Shown: positions 20,371 to 31,831, numbered from the stretch's first letter. The stretch is 64,000 nucleotides of DNA from Promethearchaeota archaeon (GCA_008080735.1 SHMW01000012.1:1-64000), one strand, 5' to 3'. Numbers and translations: made by a program. Notes: generated by a model from the sequence alone, not told the origin.

Positions 20371-21102
20371 ATGGAACAATTTATCGGATGCGATTCATGT
20401 TCTGCGGGGTGGATGTGCTTTATTTTTGATTCTGATATGAAATGGCAATTAAAATTGTTTCAATCTGTGCGAAAATTATGGTCTTCATATTCCCAATCCA
20501 ATTTAGTGTTAATAGATATGCCAATTGGATTAAGAGATGATTGTGGTAAACCTCGGATATGTGATAAGGAGGCTCGAAAATATTTAACAAGAAAGCGCTC
20601 ATCATCTATTTTTCCCACCCCTTGCAGGGAAATACTAACGATAAAAGATTACCATCAAGCAAATAAACGAAGTAAAAAGAAATGCGGAAAGGGGATATCA
20701 AAGCAAACATGGAACATTATTCCTGAAATTATTGAAGTGGATGAATTTCTCCAAAATAACGAGAAAGTACAGAATATTTTTATAGAGTGTCATCCAGAAG
20801 TGTGCTTTGCCGCTCTTAATAAAGATAATCCATTAGAATATTATAAAAAAACTGAAAAAGGGATAGAAGAACGACTTGAGTTATTAATGTCTTATATGAA
20901 CTATGACAATAATCCCTTAAAAACAGGTCTTCAAATGTATAAAAGAAAGGATGTTGCTGTTGATGATATTTTGGATGCTTGGGTATTAGGGCTCTCTGCG
21001 TCTCTTGGGAGAAAAAACTTTTCCTATCTACCAGAAGACTATGAGTATGACGTAAAAGGCCTTCCAATGAGGATTGCCAAACCTCATTTCTTTGATAGCT
21101 GA
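20371..21102 (+). CDS. DUF429 family predicted RNase H-like nuclease
   Basis: IGCD...GW, IDMPIGL, R.CD..AR, ECHPEVCF, DDILDA. Confidence 0.85.
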   Translation: MEQFIGCDSCSAGWMCFIFDSDMKWQLKLFQSVRKLWSSYSQSNLVLIDMPIGLRDDCGKPRICDKEARKYLTRKRSSSIFPTPCREILTIKDYHQANKRSKKKCGKGISKQTWNIIPEIIEVDEFLQNNEKVQNIFIECHPEVCFAALNKDNPLEYYKKTEKGIEERLELLMSYMNYDNNPLKTGLQMYKRKDVAVDDILDAWVLGLSASLGRKNFSYLPEDYEYDVKGLPMRIAKPHFFDS

Positions 21103-21119
21103 GGTATGAGATGATGAGC

Positions 21120-22187
21120 TTAAAATTCTCTCTCTGCTACAAAATTCAGAAGAGTTTCGAAAAATTCCAATTCATCTTCATGGATTACACCTTTTAATCG
21201 ATCTAAGGCTTCAACGGCTTCCTTATAATAAGATTTCGCTAATTCTCTACAAAATACGTCTGCTTTGGATTCCTTGAAAAGCTGCTTTACGAGTACTACT
21301 TCCTCATCAGTAATATTTTGTTTCTCTATGATTGATATTAATCTATTTCGTCTCTCATCGGATAATTTATTTAATGCTTCGATTAGTAAGCAAGTTTTCT
21401 TTCCCTCTTTAATATCGGAATCGGTAGGCTTGCCCGTTTTTTTCTCATCTCCGAAGGTTCCAAGGATATCATCAATTATTTGAAAAATGATCCCCAAATT
21501 CATACCGTATGTACTTAGGGACTTCAGATATTCTTCCTCTACTTGTGCATAGACAGCGCCTATAAGAATGGATTTCTCAATCAATGCACCGGTTTTCAGT
21601 GAAATCATCTGAATGTATTCATCCATAGTTAAATCCGTCTTATTTACGATATCAGTTTCTATTAATACCCCGTTGGCAATTTCTATAAAGGCTTTCTTAT
21701 ATAAATCCACGCCCTTAATGTTTAGATTGCTACTGAAACCGTTATTCAGGTATGCTTCTAATCCCAGAAAAAATGCCGAATCACCACCAATAATACCGAT
21801 TGATGTCCCAAAATCTTCAGCTTTCATCTTTTTTAAGTTATATTTTTGATGATATTGGCGATACCTATAATGAAAAGAAGGTTCTCCCCTTCTTATTTCG
21901 TCATTGTCAATAATATCATCATGTATGAGAGAAGCATTATGTAGAAATTCTGTCCCAACGCAAGGTGTTAGGATTTTATCATCTCTAGAATCTGAAAATG
22001 CCATATAGGTTGCGATACATAAAAGTGGACGGATTCTTTTTCCCCCAGCTAAAAAATAGCTCTGGAGTTCTGTGTAATACTCTTTAAGAAATACATTATC
22101 GACAGCTTCGATTTTTCTCTTATATATCGATCCTATGACTTGATTTATTTTTGGTTTATATTGCTTACTATATTCTATAAAATTCAT
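21120..22187 (-). CDS. trans-isoprenyl diphosphate synthase (polyprenyl synthetase)
   Basis: GGKRIRP, FARM HDDIID..RRG, KTG, SARM FQIIDDILG, GKP..SDI.EGKKT. Confidence 0.93.
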   Translation of the reverse strand: MNFIEYSKQYKPKINQVIGSIYKRKIEAVDNVFLKEYYTELQSYFLAGGKRIRPLLCIATYMAFSDSRDDKILTPCVGTEFLHNASLIHDDIIDNDEIRRGEPSFHYRYRQYHQKYNLKKMKAEDFGTSIGIIGGDSAFFLGLEAYLNNGFSSNLNIKGVDLYKKAFIEIANGVLIETDIVNKTDLTMDEYIQMISLKTGALIEKSILIGAVYAQVEEEYLKSLSTYGMNLGIIFQIIDDILGTFGDEKKTGKPTDSDIKEGKKTCLLIEALNKLSDERRNRLISIIEKQNITDEEVVLVKQLFKESKADVFCRELAKSYYKEAVEALDRLKGVIHEDELEFFETLLNFVAEREF

Positions 22188-22463
22188 GATTGTTGATTAT
22201 TCCTTCATTCTCAAATTAGAATTAAAAATTTACTTTATTTAATAACAGAATTCAAATTAAAAATAATATTAGAAATCTCAAATCTACTTAATTTATCATT
22301 AATATTTGGAATCATATTGATGCTATAGATTTATATATCGCCTACTTTTTATTTGTTCCTATTTTGAGAAATAAAAACTGGTCTAAAGATTTTTTATAAG
22401 ATGAGTTGGATATTTTTTATTTAATAAATAATTAAGAAATTGATATCAATGAGTTGATGTGAA

Positions 22464-22748
22464 ATGCTTGATAAAATAAAATCAGATATGAAATATGATG
22501 AGGAAGATGATATGATTTATAGAAATTATGAAACGATAAGAGAAACAATAAAAGGAATTATCGATATTTTCGAGATAAAAATAGCCAACGATGATTTCTT
22601 TTATCAAGCGGGTGTTGAAAATTTAAGGGCTCTGCATGAGTCTGTCATCGATATTTTAGAACTTTACAATTCCCCCATCAAAATTCAGAAAATGATTGAA
22701 GAAATTCGCTATAAAGAGAATCAGCTAACTAATAACAAGGGATTTTAA
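22464..22748 (+). CDS. Hypothetical small helical protein
   Basis: 94-aa ORF filling the intergenic gap; protein-like composition. Confidence 0.6.
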   Translation: MLDKIKSDMKYDEEDDMIYRNYETIRETIKGIIDIFEIKIANDDFFYQAGVENLRALHESVIDILELYNSPIKIQKMIEEIRYKENQLTNNKGF

Positions 22749-22793
22749 TTACAATTTAAATAAATAAAAAGAAATTAATGAGATTAACCATTT

Positions 22794-25589
22794 TTAAACT
22801 GTTCTCTCAAACTCTATTTGTATGGTTGCTATAACATGAGGATCTAAAGTTATTCTAATACTCTGATTTTTTATATCCTCTATTGTTGCTTTGATTACAT
22901 TTTTTGGCTCCTCTTCTAATAAATTCACAATAGTAGCATCTCGGATTTTAATAACATCATGAAAACGAATTACTCCATTTTCCATCTTATCTGACAAATT
23001 ATACGCTCTTAGTATAAGATTATTCCCTTTTTCGCTTTTTTTTATGGCAGAGATGAGGATCGCATCGTTATCAAGTTGAATAAAACTCATCTCATCCGGT
23101 AAATATCCTTCTGTTATTTCCTTATCTCCTCCTAAATACAAGGAGAGCGTTCCGCGGGGCTTTAAAACTACCTTATCTAAAAGCCTGATATTAGAATCTG
23201 TCATAGAGGGAAATATGGGTAAGAGTTTATTGTTGAATTCTTTTCCGTATTTATGGATACTTGCTTGAAGCCAATCTGCTTTATCATTTTCAATAACTAG
23301 TGAGAATTCAAAAATGTGGCTTCCTAAACATTGTGCACCGGGGGTATTCATTTCTGGACCTGCGTGGGAACTTCTCGTTTTAAAATCATCTCGAGATAGC
23401 CACTCAACACATCTCAGTAGGGTAAGTGCCAAGGTTATCGTTCCATCATTATTTTTTATAGCTTCATATTCCGGCAAGCCCTTATTCAGAACTGCGAATA
23501 CTCGTTCATTATCACATAAAGCAACAAAATCTTTTTGATGATTAGTTGGTAATGGTTTTTGAACCCAATCTTCTGCATCTGGTAAATCTATATCCCTTTC
23601 TAAAACATGAAAATGCCCGTCCACATGCACTTTATCCGCCTTCATAGAAGAGGGAAATAAAACCCGAAGTCTATGGTCCCTGCTATTATTGAACATTTCA
23701 ATTCGAAAATCAATTCTCTTAATACGTTCATAGAGCGTGATATATAATCTTAATGGATTATCTGTGAGAAAACTCTCCCGCTCGTATCTTTGTTCGGTCA
23801 GTGATACGGGGAGTTTGAGGTTCATTTCCATTTTCACAGTCTTTTGTGTAGGTCCATCGACCACATATTGCATCTCTGTTAGTTGTGCATCTTCAGTAGT
23901 ATATTTCATATCAAACTGATTATCTTTTGGACCAGAAAAGTCATATTCATCCCCCCAATCGCCCACATCTTCAAATGCACAGATATCATTAAACCATATC
24001 CCACTACTTTTATCTAATACGTTAATTTTTCCTTCCGGATTTATATTAATCTGATAAAACTCATTTTGAAAAGTCTCTCCAATGACTCTATAAGACTCTT
24101 CTTTTTTAATAATCTTGGAAGGCTCTTCATCAGGATTAAGATAATAAGTCTTATAACCACACGCCGGAACTTCTGCCAAAAAACTAAAGCGTTTCGAAAT
24201 ATTCGTTTCTTGTGTATAGCGAGGCTCCTCTTTTATTAAATAGCCTTGATATTCAATCTCCTTTCCTGTATTATCTATTAACTTAAAATGCGAGGGAAAT
24301 CCTTCACTTCCCTTTTTCGGGGTAATACCATTGAACTCAACAATATCTTTCCTTTTATAAGGTAGAGGATTATACACGACTAAAGGAATCCAATTATTCA
24401 TGTCATACTTATACTCAATTGACTCACTGAGATGAATTACAGAATTTTTAATAATTTCTTCTCCGATTTGCTCTGCCCAATCAAATCTGGTTCTCATTTC
24501 TTCGTGAACTTGGTCAATAGAGCATCCACAGATTGAATCGTGAGGATGGTTTTTAATCAACCATTTCAAACCGGTTAAAATATAATCTTTGGGATATTTT
24601 TCTGGTTGGTTTTTACTTAATATCCAAGTTAATGTGGCAAGAGGCTCGGTATATTTTTCATATAGATATTCTATCGCAGTATTTCTCTGTTTAATCCACA
24701 TACGTGCGGAAAAGACGCCTGAAAGTAGATGTGCATATTTTCCACCTCTAAGTTCTCCTTGAAAGTCCTTTAATTCCGGATTTGATTCCAATACTTTTTC
24801 TATATAGTATTCAAAGTCAGTTTGTATGATTTTCTTCTCTGGATTCGCCTCATTCCATTGTGAAATTATTTCTGGGATCTCTGGTTGTGCTTCATCGTGA
24901 TCTGAACCATTATTAAGCAAAACATATGGTGTTGTAGTATAATTCTCCATTTGGTCAACTACACGTTTGATTTTTCTTAATGCTACCTTATACTGGCCAT
25001 TTCGTTTTTTAGTATTTATATTCGCTATAGAGCCATAGCTCAGAAGTAAATGAATTGCGAGTATGGAAGTTGCTTCTCCTGGAGCTTTCCATCGGAATTC
25101 TATATTTAAGTTGTTTTCCTCAAATTCATTTCCAAATCCCCTCCAGAAGATCACAGATGGAATTTCAAATCCTTTCAAAATTTGGGGAAGTTGACTAATA
25201 TGACCGAAAGGATCGGGGATATAACCCGCTTTCATAACTCTCCCCACTTTACGGGCAAAGTGATGCCCAATCATTAAATTACGTATAAGAGATTCCCCAC
25301 TAATAAGGAATTCGTCGGGTAATATATACATCGGTCCAATAGATAAACGTCGCTCCTTTACATATTTCTCTATTTTCTCCTTATTTTCAGGACGAACTTC
25401 GAGATAATCCTCAATGGGTATTGTTTGCCCATCAAATGTAAAACTATCGTAATCTGGATTAGTTTCCAGAATTTCTAATAGCTTATCGAACATAAGAACT
25501 AATTCTGCTCGAAACTCTTGAAACGGAAGATACCACTCACGATCCCAATGGGTCTCAGGTACCAGAATTATTTTTTCTGCTTTTACCAT
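22794..25589 (-). CDS. GH38 alpha-mannosidase (MngB-like)
   Basis: THWDREWY, DGQ, PDPFGH (nucleophile), NGSDH, HPHDSICGCS. Confidence 0.92.
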   Translation of the reverse strand: MVKAEKIILVPETHWDREWYLPFQEFRAELVLMFDKLLEILETNPDYDSFTFDGQTIPIEDYLEVRPENKEKIEKYVKERRLSIGPMYILPDEFLISGESLIRNLMIGHHFARKVGRVMKAGYIPDPFGHISQLPQILKGFEIPSVIFWRGFGNEFEENNLNIEFRWKAPGEATSILAIHLLLSYGSIANINTKKRNGQYKVALRKIKRVVDQMENYTTTPYVLLNNGSDHDEAQPEIPEIISQWNEANPEKKIIQTDFEYYIEKVLESNPELKDFQGELRGGKYAHLLSGVFSARMWIKQRNTAIEYLYEKYTEPLATLTWILSKNQPEKYPKDYILTGLKWLIKNHPHDSICGCSIDQVHEEMRTRFDWAEQIGEEIIKNSVIHLSESIEYKYDMNNWIPLVVYNPLPYKRKDIVEFNGITPKKGSEGFPSHFKLIDNTGKEIEYQGYLIKEEPRYTQETNISKRFSFLAEVPACGYKTYYLNPDEEPSKIIKKEESYRVIGETFQNEFYQININPEGKINVLDKSSGIWFNDICAFEDVGDWGDEYDFSGPKDNQFDMKYTTEDAQLTEMQYVVDGPTQKTVKMEMNLKLPVSLTEQRYERESFLTDNPLRLYITLYERIKRIDFRIEMFNNSRDHRLRVLFPSSMKADKVHVDGHFHVLERDIDLPDAEDWVQKPLPTNHQKDFVALCDNERVFAVLNKGLPEYEAIKNNDGTITLALTLLRCVEWLSRDDFKTRSSHAGPEMNTPGAQCLGSHIFEFSLVIENDKADWLQASIHKYGKEFNNKLLPIFPSMTDSNIRLLDKVVLKPRGTLSLYLGGDKEITEGYLPDEMSFIQLDNDAILISAIKKSEKGNNLILRAYNLSDKMENGVIRFHDVIKIRDATIVNLLEEEPKNVIKATIEDIKNQSIRITLDPHVIATIQIEFERTV

Positions 25590-25756
25590 TCAATTTCAAA
25601 CCTTTAAAGTAATTATTTAATGTAAAATGAATAAGACTATAAATCTATTCTTTCAAAATAATTTAAATGAAATCTAAGATCTTTACAAAATAGAGTGGAT
25701 TACAAATTTTTATCGTTTAGTTTAATTCTTAATTAAGGAAATGAAGCTTGAAGAGC

Positions 25757-26218
25757 TTATTCGAAATCATTATCATCCAAATCAAGAATTACTCGTTTTT
25801 TATTCTTTTCCTCACTTATCGTGGCCCCTCCCTTTCCTAATTTCTCCACATCCTGGAATTCAACATTAGGGTTTAACATATCCATAAACTTCTTTTCTTC
25901 TTCGGTTGGTTGATACGGCTCTTTCATCATTTTATAAAATTCCTCTATCAATTCTTCATTTTGAGTATAACGTTTAGCTGTTTGTTTGAAAAACCATCCA
26001 ACGATTTTTTCCCATAGCTTTTTCAACCACCCTATCATCCCAGAAGATTTTTGTTTTTCGGTCTTTTGTTCCATACTTCTCCGATGCATCAGTTCTTGTT
26101 GAACATATTGAGCCCATTCTTCTCTGGGAATATTCATTCGTTTAAGCTCTTGTTTCATATCTCGTATTATTTCTCTTTCTTTCTCAGAAAGAGAAGATTT
26201 GTGCTTATTTTTCGTCAT
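25757..26218 (-). CDS. Hypothetical protein with an amphipathic Trp-rich helix
   Basis: GMIGWLKKLWEKIVGWFFK segment in an otherwise charged protein. Confidence 0.65.
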   Translation of the reverse strand: MTKNKHKSSLSEKEREIIRDMKQELKRMNIPREEWAQYVQQELMHRRSMEQKTEKQKSSGMIGWLKKLWEKIVGWFFKQTAKRYTQNEELIEEFYKMMKEPYQPTEEEKKFMDMLNPNVEFQDVEKLGKGGATISEEKNKKRVILDLDDNDFE

Positions 26219-26325
26219 TTATTCTCGCATTTAATAATTAATTGAATCTAAAATAATTTTCCCATTAAATTAATTTATCAGATCGAAGAACGGTAAATGA
26301 AAAGAAAAAATGGTAAAATAAGGAT

Positions 26326-27207
26326 TTAATTAAAATTTAGTGGTCTTTCTAGCGGCCCTTCTATTCCCAAACGCTTAGCGAATTTTCGCATAAATTCCCT
26401 TCGCGATTTTAAATACACTTCCAATAGGATCATAACGGGGATCATAAGTACTGTAATGATAATTGGCATTATTGGCAACATGATTGCAGCGATTATAAAC
26501 CCCGGATTTGTAGGATCATTATATCTGCTTAATACATCCATTAGGAAAAAAACATAGGAAAAGACCACCCCTATACCAGCATAGCCTTTTAAGAGATAAT
26601 GATACCAGCTCCCCATAGAGCGAACCTCAATAGGTTCAATTGTATCCTTAACCTTTTGCTTGTTTGTGAATACAATCCCCGCATCTAATAAAAACCAGAC
26701 TGGTGAGAAGATACCCATAGAAATGGCAGTCATATAAGGGATTAAAGACGCAAAACCTACAATTGGCCATAAGCTTTCACCCCCCCCACCTCCTAAATAT
26801 CCTGGAGATACAACAAAATTATATGCAAAATCGCTTATACCTAGTAAAAGAGCAAAATTTACTGCTAATAAAGCGGGAAATATACCTTTCCATATATTTT
26901 TAAATTTTTCTGGTTTTTCTCTATGCTGTATGCCAAATTCCATTCTGAAACCAATTGTTTTTTTATAAAAGAACAGCATCAATGGGGCGAAAAGATAGCC
27001 CGGTAAAAACCCTCCTATTATCCCCCCGAGAGGAATAAGCAAAACAATAGCCATGATTTGTAAGATTAAAGTATTAAAGGGAAGTATGGTAGTCATTCGG
27101 TCTGCTCCGCCATCTGCCAGATAATTCAGAGGGATAAAGGGTATGGTAAAGAGAAGATAAATTGCCAAAAATATAATTATTGCTTTACGATATCTTTTAA
27201 GGTTCAT
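26326..27207 (-). CDS. Polytopic membrane protein (about 6 TM)
   Basis: Multiple hydrophobic segments; the ATG at 27207 (MNLKRY) is a more plausible start than 27288. Confidence 0.7.
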   Translation of the reverse strand: MNLKRYRKAIIIFLAIYLLFTIPFIPLNYLADGGADRMTTILPFNTLILQIMAIVLLIPLGGIIGGFLPGYLFAPLMLFFYKKTIGFRMEFGIQHREKPEKFKNIWKGIFPALLAVNFALLLGISDFAYNFVVSPGYLGGGGGESLWPIVGFASLIPYMTAISMGIFSPVWFLLDAGIVFTNKQKVKDTIEPIEVRSMGSWYHYLLKGYAGIGVVFSYVFFLMDVLSRYNDPTNPGFIIAAIMLPIMPIIITVLMIPVMILLEVYLKSRREFMRKFAKRLGIEGPLERPLNFN

Positions 27208-27342
27208 TTTTAAATTGTAACTCTGCTTTTTATAACAAATATATAAATTAGATATATTTAAATATCGTTTAACAAAACCCCATAGCAATAATTCTTGAAA
27301 ATTGAAAAAAATTTTACCTCTTTTAAATTGGGAATATTTTGA

Positions 27343-28857
27343 TCAATCAAACAAATTCTTCCCCACAACACTTTTATGAGGTTCAATTCCAAGTAAATAT
27401 AACAAACTAGGAACCATATCAGTCGTTTTACAGTATTCACTCTCAAGATTTGGGATATCTCCACTCCCTCCTATAATAAAAGGAACATTCATAGATTTTC
27501 GTAAAGCAATATCATGAGAATAGAGATGCTCGTTCATTGTTTTACCATGCTCATAATTAAATGCATATTCGCCCAATGTTGATATTAACACATCAGAAGA
27601 GCGTGGATTTGTAAAAAACCGAGGTATTTGATCAATTATCATGGGAAAATCGATATCATATGTTTTTGCCAGCCATTGGTCTATAGAGTAATATTCTCCA
27701 TCCAAAAGAGATTCAACTTTTTCATTATTTTGATATCCGAAAATATCCACCTCATCAATAATATATCTCGTTTTCATCCTTTTTCCCATATCTTTATATT
27801 CTATTGAAGCAGTGGAGATTTGACCCGTTCTGCTGTTTTTTCTTTTGATATGGATAATTCCTTGTTCAGGCGTATTTTCATCATCTCTAAAATACATAAG
27901 CTTTATTCCAGGAATTTCCCATAGAACATCAAACAAATTTATCGACTTTTCGCTCCCTATAGAAGTAAACTTTTCCATTTGTCCTATATTCGGATGATGG
28001 TTCCAATTATTTCCTGGAAAATTAAATGAACCAACACATCCAAAATTGGCATCAAAATCCCCCTTACCTGTTTTCGGATCATAAGGTTGCAATCCCTTTG
28101 ATTCGAAAAATGGTTCCAAATCATATGACCTTTCCGCCTTATAATTCCCATGGTCCGAGATTATTCCAATTGCCGTAGAGTCATAATATCCTTCAGATTT
28201 CAAAAAGTTAATAAGATTTCCCAGATATTCGTCGCATTTTAGAATTTCGTTAATATATTCAGGATGGTCAAAACCTCTCTCATGTAAGAGCTCGTCTGTT
28301 TTGGGAACGTATCCGACGGTAATTTTCGGTACTTCTTTTTCAGAGAAAAATTTTACGGGATTTTCGTAGGCATTTTGGATATTTTTAAATACATTTTCGG
28401 TATTAAACTTCTGAGGTGGGGAAAAATAGGATCCTCGAAACACGATATTAAGAGAGCTAAAAAAATTGCCTTCTCCTGCTTGTTCGAAAATGGTTTTTAC
28501 ATTTTTCCCCAAATCTCTACCGATTTTCCAGATATGGCTTCCGATTGAATAATTCCGGATAAATGGAGGTTTTTTTCCCTTTGAAGGTGGATCGCTCCGG
28601 GAAATCCAATGATATGCGGGGATACCACTCCCTTCTTCTGGATAATATCCCGAGTATGCTCCGGTAATAATATTCGGATAACACGGGAAGGTAACGCTGG
28701 GAAACGATGTTATGCAATTCTTACTGGATATGCCATTTTTTGCTAGGCTTGCAAAATGAGGTAACTTTCCTTTTTCCATTAACTCAAAAAATTGAGATGA
28801 TTTCACGTCATCTAAGATTAATAAAATTACTTGGTTAATTTTCGTTTGTTTTACCAT
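27343..28857 (-). CDS. Alkaline phosphatase superfamily, nucleotide pyrophosphatase/phosphodiesterase-like
   Basis: LLILDD, FPSVTFP (Thr nucleophile), D..LH..G, SDHG, late His, VPFII.G. Confidence 0.85.
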   Translation of the reverse strand: MVKQTKINQVILLILDDVKSSQFFELMEKGKLPHFASLAKNGISSKNCITSFPSVTFPCYPNIITGAYSGYYPEEGSGIPAYHWISRSDPPSKGKKPPFIRNYSIGSHIWKIGRDLGKNVKTIFEQAGEGNFFSSLNIVFRGSYFSPPQKFNTENVFKNIQNAYENPVKFFSEKEVPKITVGYVPKTDELLHERGFDHPEYINEILKCDEYLGNLINFLKSEGYYDSTAIGIISDHGNYKAERSYDLEPFFESKGLQPYDPKTGKGDFDANFGCVGSFNFPGNNWNHHPNIGQMEKFTSIGSEKSINLFDVLWEIPGIKLMYFRDDENTPEQGIIHIKRKNSRTGQISTASIEYKDMGKRMKTRYIIDEVDIFGYQNNEKVESLLDGEYYSIDQWLAKTYDIDFPMIIDQIPRFFTNPRSSDVLISTLGEYAFNYEHGKTMNEHLYSHDIALRKSMNVPFIIGGSGDIPNLESEYCKTTDMVPSLLYLLGIEPHKSVVGKNLFD

Positions 28858-29302
28858 GATAAATCAAGATAAATTTATAATAGTATTATAGTAATGCTTT
28901 AGATCTATAAAAAGATAAATCTTTCACTTCAAAGTTATAGGTATATATAATTTGGCAGCGCTAAAAATATAAGACATAGGAAAAAACAAAAGTGAATTAA
29001 ACCGATTATAGTATAAAATAGAAGTTTTCTAATCTTAAGATAATCCATTGTTTTTAGGTTTGTGTTCATTATAATCATCAAGCAGAAGGATTTGGTATGA
29101 TTTTAAGTGATGGCTTCTTTTCAATAATTTGAATCCATTTATACAGAAAAAGATTGTTTATAGAATATAGATATAGGTATATTGAATATATAGTTCATTA
29201 TCATATTATTCGTATTTTATCATAAGAATTTTTAAATCTCTGATATTTGAGCTTCATTTCTGTTGTAAATTTAATTAAAAATTGTAGATTTTACAGATTG
29301 AT

Positions 29303-29779
29303 ATGAAAAAATTGTATATTCCAAACTGTGGAGAAATTTTGATTAGAAATATTTTGTTTGATGTGAATGGCACAATTCAGTTTTCAGGGAGTATTTCAAA
29401 AGACCTGATTCCCAAATTTCAAAAAATTAAAGAAATATATGATGTGTATTTAATCTCTGCTGATACACGTGGGAATTTAGAGGAACTTGCTAATCAACTT
29501 CAAGTCAAATATATCAGAATTAATCCAAAAGAGATTTCAGAATCTCAAGCAAAAAATTATCAATTAGACAAATTAGGAAAAAATGAAACAATTGCTGTGG
29601 GGAATGGAAATAATGATTCTTTAATGCTGAAAAATGCCTTACTTGGAATCTTAATAATTGGCAATGAAGGCGCAACTAGAGAAAGTCTCTTTAATTCTGA
29701 TTTGGTTTTCACAAATCCCATTGATGTTTTAGATTTCCTTATCGATGAAAAAGCAATAATAGGTACTTTGAGAAAATAA
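29303..29779 (+). CDS. Soluble P-type ATPase-like HAD hydrolase
   Basis: FDVNGT, SADTRG, K, VGNGNND. Confidence 0.85.
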   Translation: MKKLYIPNCGEILIRNILFDVNGTIQFSGSISKDLIPKFQKIKEIYDVYLISADTRGNLEELANQLQVKYIRINPKEISESQAKNYQLDKLGKNETIAVGNGNNDSLMLKNALLGILIIGNEGATRESLFNSDLVFTNPIDVLDFLIDEKAIIGTLRK

Positions 29780-30015
29780 ATACCTAAAATTAGACCACCT
29801 CAAAAAACTTTATTCTTATCCTATTTACTCCACCTTTTTGTGGGATATATAAAGACTTTATACCTATATTCAAATGATTGAGATTTTCTAATTTTTCTTT
29901 ATTCTAATCAAATATCAAAGGTGAATTTAATAGAAGTAATTTTATTATAAATATATGACAATAATTTGGTATTTTCGAAATTAAGGGTGTAAAATATCAG
30001 ATTTCTACAAAAAAA

Positions 30016-31740
30016 TTGACTAAATGTCATGATTCATTAATGGCTAATTTGAATAATCAAAGCAAAGAACAGTATATTAAAAAGCTTGAAGCTTTAAATA
30101 AAGAATTTGAATATAAAAACACTTTACTACAAATTCAAAATGCAATTAGTAAATTAGTAATGCTTAAAGAGGATACCAAAGAATTGATTAAGGAAGCGTG
30201 TAATCTTCTCTCATCGAATCAAATTTTCAGACTTTCATTTGTATTATTATATGATTCGAAACAAAATTTACATATTATAAAATGTTTTCAAGCCAAGGAG
30301 CAATTTTTTGGAGAATTAGAAAAAGCTTTAAAAGACGCCTATATTCCAAAATGCATTTCTAAAGCTTTAGATTCGAAAGAAAGTAAAATTATTGAAAATG
30401 ATTCGAAATTATGTAAAACCTGTAATCTAAAAAAATATAAAACGAATGAGTTAGTGAAAATCACCTCTTTAGAATATAATCAAAATTGTTATGGTTTTTT
30501 ATTCACATATATTAAAGAAAATGGGTATAACTTCAATCGAATAGCTCAAAAATTAGATGAGATCTCAGAGGAGCTAGCATATGGAATTTATAATATTAAT
30601 TCAGAAAAGGAAAAAATAATTTATGCGAAAAATCTGGAAAAGTCTGAGAAAAAATATCGCTTATTAAGCAACAGTGCAAAAGATTTGATTTATGCCCATG
30701 ATTTAGATGGCAAAATAATTTATGCGAATGAAGCCATGTTAAATTTTGTGGATTTAAAGAGAAAAGAACTAATTGGTCAAAATGTATTTGATTTGACACC
30801 CAATAAAGAAAAGGAATCAATGTTAAAAAGATCTAATTTGCGTCACTCAGGAAATAAAAGCCATCTTATTTATGAGATTGTTGCTAAAAAACCAAATGGA
30901 GAGAAAATACCTCTAGAGGTGAATTCAGTTCCAATAATGGAAAATGGAGAAATCATTGGAATCCATTGTGTTGCGCGAGATATCTCTGAACGAAAAGAGG
31001 CAGAAAAAGCTCTAAAGAAGTCAAAACAAGAATATCAAAACGCATTTAATCGAGCTGAATTTTATAAAGACTTATTTGCTCACGATATTAGAAACATACT
31101 TCAGGGGATGTTAACTGGACTTCAATTAATAGAGTTTCAATTAAAACAAAATATAAATCAATCTGAAACAATAGAGAACTTGGGTACTGTAAAAGATCAA
31201 ATAGAAAGAGGACAAAGATTGGTATTAAATATTAAAAAACTCTCTCAAATTACTCACGACGATCTTGGATTAAAAAGCATGGAAATATTACCAATATTGA
31301 ACGAATGCGTGAATAATATTAAAAAAATATTCACTAAACGACCTATGACAATCAAGATTAACTGCGAAAACGAAGAGATAAGAATTAAGGCAAATGAACT
31401 CTTAGGGGATTTATTTGAGAATTTAATTATAAACTCAATTAAACATAACAATAATGAACACATTGAAATAATGATTAACATAAGTGAGATTGAGCAAAAA
31501 CAACAAAAATTTATAAGATTTGAATTTATCGATAACGCAATGGGTATCAAAGATTCACGCAAAGAAATTCTTTTTCAAAGAGCTTATTTTAAACGAAAAA
31601 AACATGAAGGATTGGGTTTAGGATTATCGTTAGTCAAGAGAATAATTGATTTATATAGAGGAAAAATTTGGGTAGAAAACCGAGTTAAAGAAGACCATTC
31701 CAAAGGAAGTAAATTTATTTTTGAAATTCCTAAATTTTAA
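30016..31740 (+). CDS. Cytoplasmic GAF-PAS sensor histidine kinase
   Basis: PAS (DLDGKIIYAN..RDISERK), H-box AHDIRN, N-box NLIINSIKH, DNAMGI, GLGLGL. Confidence 0.9.
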   Translation: MTKCHDSLMANLNNQSKEQYIKKLEALNKEFEYKNTLLQIQNAISKLVMLKEDTKELIKEACNLLSSNQIFRLSFVLLYDSKQNLHIIKCFQAKEQFFGELEKALKDAYIPKCISKALDSKESKIIENDSKLCKTCNLKKYKTNELVKITSLEYNQNCYGFLFTYIKENGYNFNRIAQKLDEISEELAYGIYNINSEKEKIIYAKNLEKSEKKYRLLSNSAKDLIYAHDLDGKIIYANEAMLNFVDLKRKELIGQNVFDLTPNKEKESMLKRSNLRHSGNKSHLIYEIVAKKPNGEKIPLEVNSVPIMENGEIIGIHCVARDISERKEAEKALKKSKQEYQNAFNRAEFYKDLFAHDIRNILQGMLTGLQLIEFQLKQNINQSETIENLGTVKDQIERGQRLVLNIKKLSQITHDDLGLKSMEILPILNECVNNIKKIFTKRPMTIKINCENEEIRIKANELLGDLFENLIINSIKHNNNEHIEIMINISEIEQKQQKFIRFEFIDNAMGIKDSRKEILFQRAYFKRKKHEGLGLGLSLVKRIIDLYRGKIWVENRVKEDHSKGSKFIFEIPKF

Positions 31741-31831
31741 AATAATTTGAGAAATAGATTCGGAAATTTAACCCGAGCAAGGCATTCATCAAATAAATCT
31801 GCAAATTTTCTTATTTGAATCATCATTTTAA

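Noticed and set aside
28858-29302. ncRNA in long AT-rich intergenic gaps (also 5736-6209)
   Set aside because: No GC-enriched stems or recognisable motifs; consistent with divergent promoter regions.
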